Source: Bilabrum cf. latius (lineage: Eukaryota). From it: DNA of 64,000 nt. Positions 61,501 to 64,000 of this stretch are shown here, one piece after another; the first letter of the stretch is position 1; each line of letters starts with the position of its first letter. The stretch is taken from positions 806,001 to 870,000 of the forward strand of contig OZ237758.1 in NCBI GenBank assembly GCA_965178125.1, given 5' to 3'. The position numbers were made by a program, and so were the translations under genes. Below the pieces are notes generated by a model. The model worked only from the letters and a program-made list of their open reading frames with translations. It ran no database searches and was not told where the DNA came from.

Positions 61501-62470
61501 ACACGCTCCAGTGCATAGACGGGTTTTCAAGTGGCAAGTGCACCCCCTTGCGCTCCAGCACGCTATTCGGGAGCTCAACCAGCAATTCGTGCTTGGCTGC
61601 CTGCCTGGGCCACGCGGATGACGACGCATCCGTGTGTATAGCGCGGCCCAAATCTTGCCCACCGGTCCATGAAGACGGGATCAGCTATGATGATGGACCA
61701 TGAATCAGTGATGATCCCTGAAGTGCGGGAGAGGGCGGCACAACCGCCGTAGGGTTCGCCATAGCGGCTGATGTGGACGGCGGAGCTGACCAATCAGCGC
61801 CGCCCTGCTTCTGCGAGGGAATCCGCAGCTGCTCTAATCTTGACCTAGTTCGGCTGCTATAGGCAGAATATTCACCAAATGGGGACTGCATCTCTGTGCA
61901 GGCCTAGATTTGTCTTTGGATCAACGACTCGAGGTCTGATTTTGGGTAACGTGCAGTATTGCAGCAAGCTGTAGCCCGTAGCCCAGAGCAGGCTAGACTA
62001 GTCTAGGGCACATGCCGGAGATGCAGCACAGTACAATGCAGCAGATAATCAAGGCGCACCTTCGTGTCCGCGTCCGAAGGCCACGTGCGACGATGGACCC
62101 TGAAGACAACGGAGACGAAGAGTGGAAGGCCAGCGGTCAGTGCGGTCCCGAGATGCCCCCCGGCGTGGACTAGAGGAGATGCCAAGGAACAGTGCTTCTT
62201 TATGCGGGAGAGCGGAACATCGAACCGCCCTCCTCTCCTGGCCTGGAACAGGTCGCTGACGCGGCGCAGAGGTGGGTGCAGTGCTTCTTGGCACACCAGC
62301 GGAGCACCTGCTCCCTCCTGCCTCTCAGCGGGCGGTTCTCTCCTCTCCACTGGCACGGTCTCGTCGGGGGCGAGAGTGGCCATGATCGCCGCTGAAACAC
62401 CTAGCTGCGTCAGGGCTGGGGCAAGCACCAGCGGAAGCACCGGCACTAGCGCCACCGCGGACCCGTGCAT
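49580..62470 (-). CDS. Giant (~4300-codon) protein, possibly a divergent DOCK-family Rho GEF; 5' end and possible 5' introns unresolved
   Basis: Fifteen listed ORFs lie in one frame over 12.9 kb, interrupted only by TAG (51338, 51398, 51656, 52040, 52871, 53444, 56270, 56504, 56936, 57509, 58466, 59903, 60713, 61685, 61904, 62003). TGA at 49580. PVYYAVGFVG..WRVFR..HIYVYP resembles the DHR-2 start, and there is a C2-like segment near 61200-61600. The CDS is well supported but the family call is tentative. Confidence 0.65.
52973..53049 (-). repeat. Hexamer microsatellite (GATCAA/GATCAG/GATCGA)n encoding DQ/DR dipeptides
   Basis: Visible tandem TCTTGA/TCCTGA/TCTCGA units on the plus strand. Confidence 0.85.
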
Positions 62471-63496
62471 GTATGCTCGGCTGGGATTCGCGTGCGCAGG
62501 CCCGCGGGTGGAGGTAGGTAGGGTAGAAGTGGTGGGGGGAGCGCGAGCGCAGGGGATGCCGAGTCAGGTGGGGGCATCGTGAGTGCGGGAAGATACTCCA
62601 CGGACCCAGACTGATCCATGATGGACAGCCCACTAGCCGGGATGCGGTCAAGCGGCAGTCATCGGGCGCGCAGTGCCAAGCTGCGGCAGCAGCGAGCGGC
62701 CGGACGCGAGGACGAGGACGCCGTCATCGATAGGGACATAAGGAACACGCTGTTCGACATGATGAGGGTCCAGCGCACGGCCCAGCAGCGGGCTCCGCAG
62801 AAGCTCCGCAGAAGGCCAGGCGGGACGCAGCCATCGCGGCGAAGAGCGCCCGGCTGCGGACCCTGCGGGATATCAAGGAGGGGCTTGGGGCGACCGGGGG
62901 GGGGGGCGTGGGTTGTGCAGGCGGGTGCAAGCAAGAGGAAGACTGGTAAGAGTCTAATTTACAATCCAATCGGATGAAGGTGGCGGGGGCGGCGATGCGC
63001 CGGCGAAGGGCGGAGGGAAGAAGGAGGATACGGATGATCTGGCAGGGCTACTTGACGAAGGGAGCTGGTGCAAAGGCGAAGGCAGGGAGTGCATCCTGTT
63101 GCCGTGGGGCTGATATCTGCTGCCAGACTCGCACAGGATCTAGCAGCACGTGAGTACGGGTACCACGAGCAACTGTGCGACCTTAAAGCTAAAAAGTAGG
63201 TTACGTTGAATTTGAATCGAATTAGCCGTCGCCGTGAAAGGTCGGATTTGGCCGACCGACCGGTATCGCCTGATCGCCGAGCTGAACTGTGTCAGGGTCA
63301 CTCTGCGGCAAATGCGACACAAAAAGTGCAAGAACATGCCTTGACTGACGGGATGTCTTCATCATTCAAGGTCAAGCGAATAGATCGAAAGGATGCACTG
63401 CTGCAGTGCAGGAGATGTACTCGGGCCGGAAACCATCAGGCAGGATCTACATCGGATCCCTTACCGTACATTGCCTGCCTTCTTCCTTCTGATTCC

Positions 63497-64000
63497 TCAG
63501 GATGGAGAGTCACCTTGGGAATTCGGGCCGTGTGCCGAGCTAGGGCTGGGGCTCTCGCTAGGCTCAGCGGCATCGACTCCTCTTTCCTCGCCAACAGGCT
63601 CGGCTGCATCGCGGCTTCCGACGAAAGTTGCACCAACTGTGCGCCACGTCCCCTTTGGGATCTTCTTGCCACTCGGCAACGTCACCTCGCTGAACGTGCT
63701 GTTGCGAAACATTCTGGCCATGGCAATATCTTGCGGGTCGGTCAATCGGATGATCTCTTCTTGTGGAACAGGCTCGGCTGCATCGCGGCTTCCGACGAAA
63801 GTTGCACCAACTGTGCGCCACGTCCCCTTTGGGATCTTCTTGCCACTAGGCAACGTCACCTCGCTGAACGTGCTGTTGCGAAACATTCTGGCCATGGCAA
63901 TATCTTGCGGGTCGGTCAATCGGATGATCTCTTCTCGTGGGGACGACGTACCAGTACGAAACAGCTTCAACAACGAAGTTATCTAGTCTAGGATCGACCT
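63497..64000 (-). CDS. Possible 3' part of a gene with a duplicated 58-aa unit; runs off the window
   Basis: The frame is open to the window edge if TAG 63983-63985 is sense. Ends TGA at 63497. No homology recognised. Confidence 0.35.
63593..63940. repeat. 174-bp near-perfect tandem duplication (x2)
   Basis: 63593-63766 versus 63767-63940 differ by about two bases. The unit length is a multiple of three. Confidence 0.92.

Noticed and set aside
3-62470. Mass pseudogenisation or sequencing error as the cause of ORF fragmentation
   Set aside because: Interruptions are only TAG, never TAA, TGA or frameshifts (apart from the ZF insertions), and they occur in conserved genes with intact motifs.
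3-62470. Prokaryotic operons, a phage with amber recoding, or pyrrolysine use
   Set aside because: Spliceosomal GT-AG introns and eukaryote-specific genes are present, no pyl genes are seen, and TAG falls at a conserved Gln.
62480-63490. Multi-exon gene or 5' exons of the giant gene
   Set aside because: Several plausible splice sites exist on the minus strand, but I could not derive one supported exon chain.

Overview
GC-rich, gene-dense nuclear DNA of a unicellular, probably flagellated eukaryote (short GT-AG introns, BBS1, ATG8, EF1-beta, PRC1/MAP65, 3R-MYB). The main result is a non-standard nuclear genetic code. The fragmented ORF track collapses into about 17 intact genes once TAG is read as a sense codon. 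I counted about 70 in-frame TAGs by hand. Every reconstructed gene ends in TGA, and I found no in-frame TAA either inside a gene or as a terminator. A TAG at the conserved Gln of the MYB motif RTDV[Q]CLHRWQKVL and a TAG leading a (CAG)10 run indicate UAG=Gln, apparently uncoupled from UAA. Secondary features: three minisatellite-like C2H2 zinc-finger arrays that vary at DNA-contact residues, a ~515-bp repeat inserted in two of them, local duplications carrying neighbour-gene 3' ends, a recurrent 19-bp palindrome-containing motif inside unrelated CDSs, a large signal-peptide/EGF/OTU protein and a kinase-TM-ARM fusion. All translations, family calls and counts are by eye. No database searches were run.
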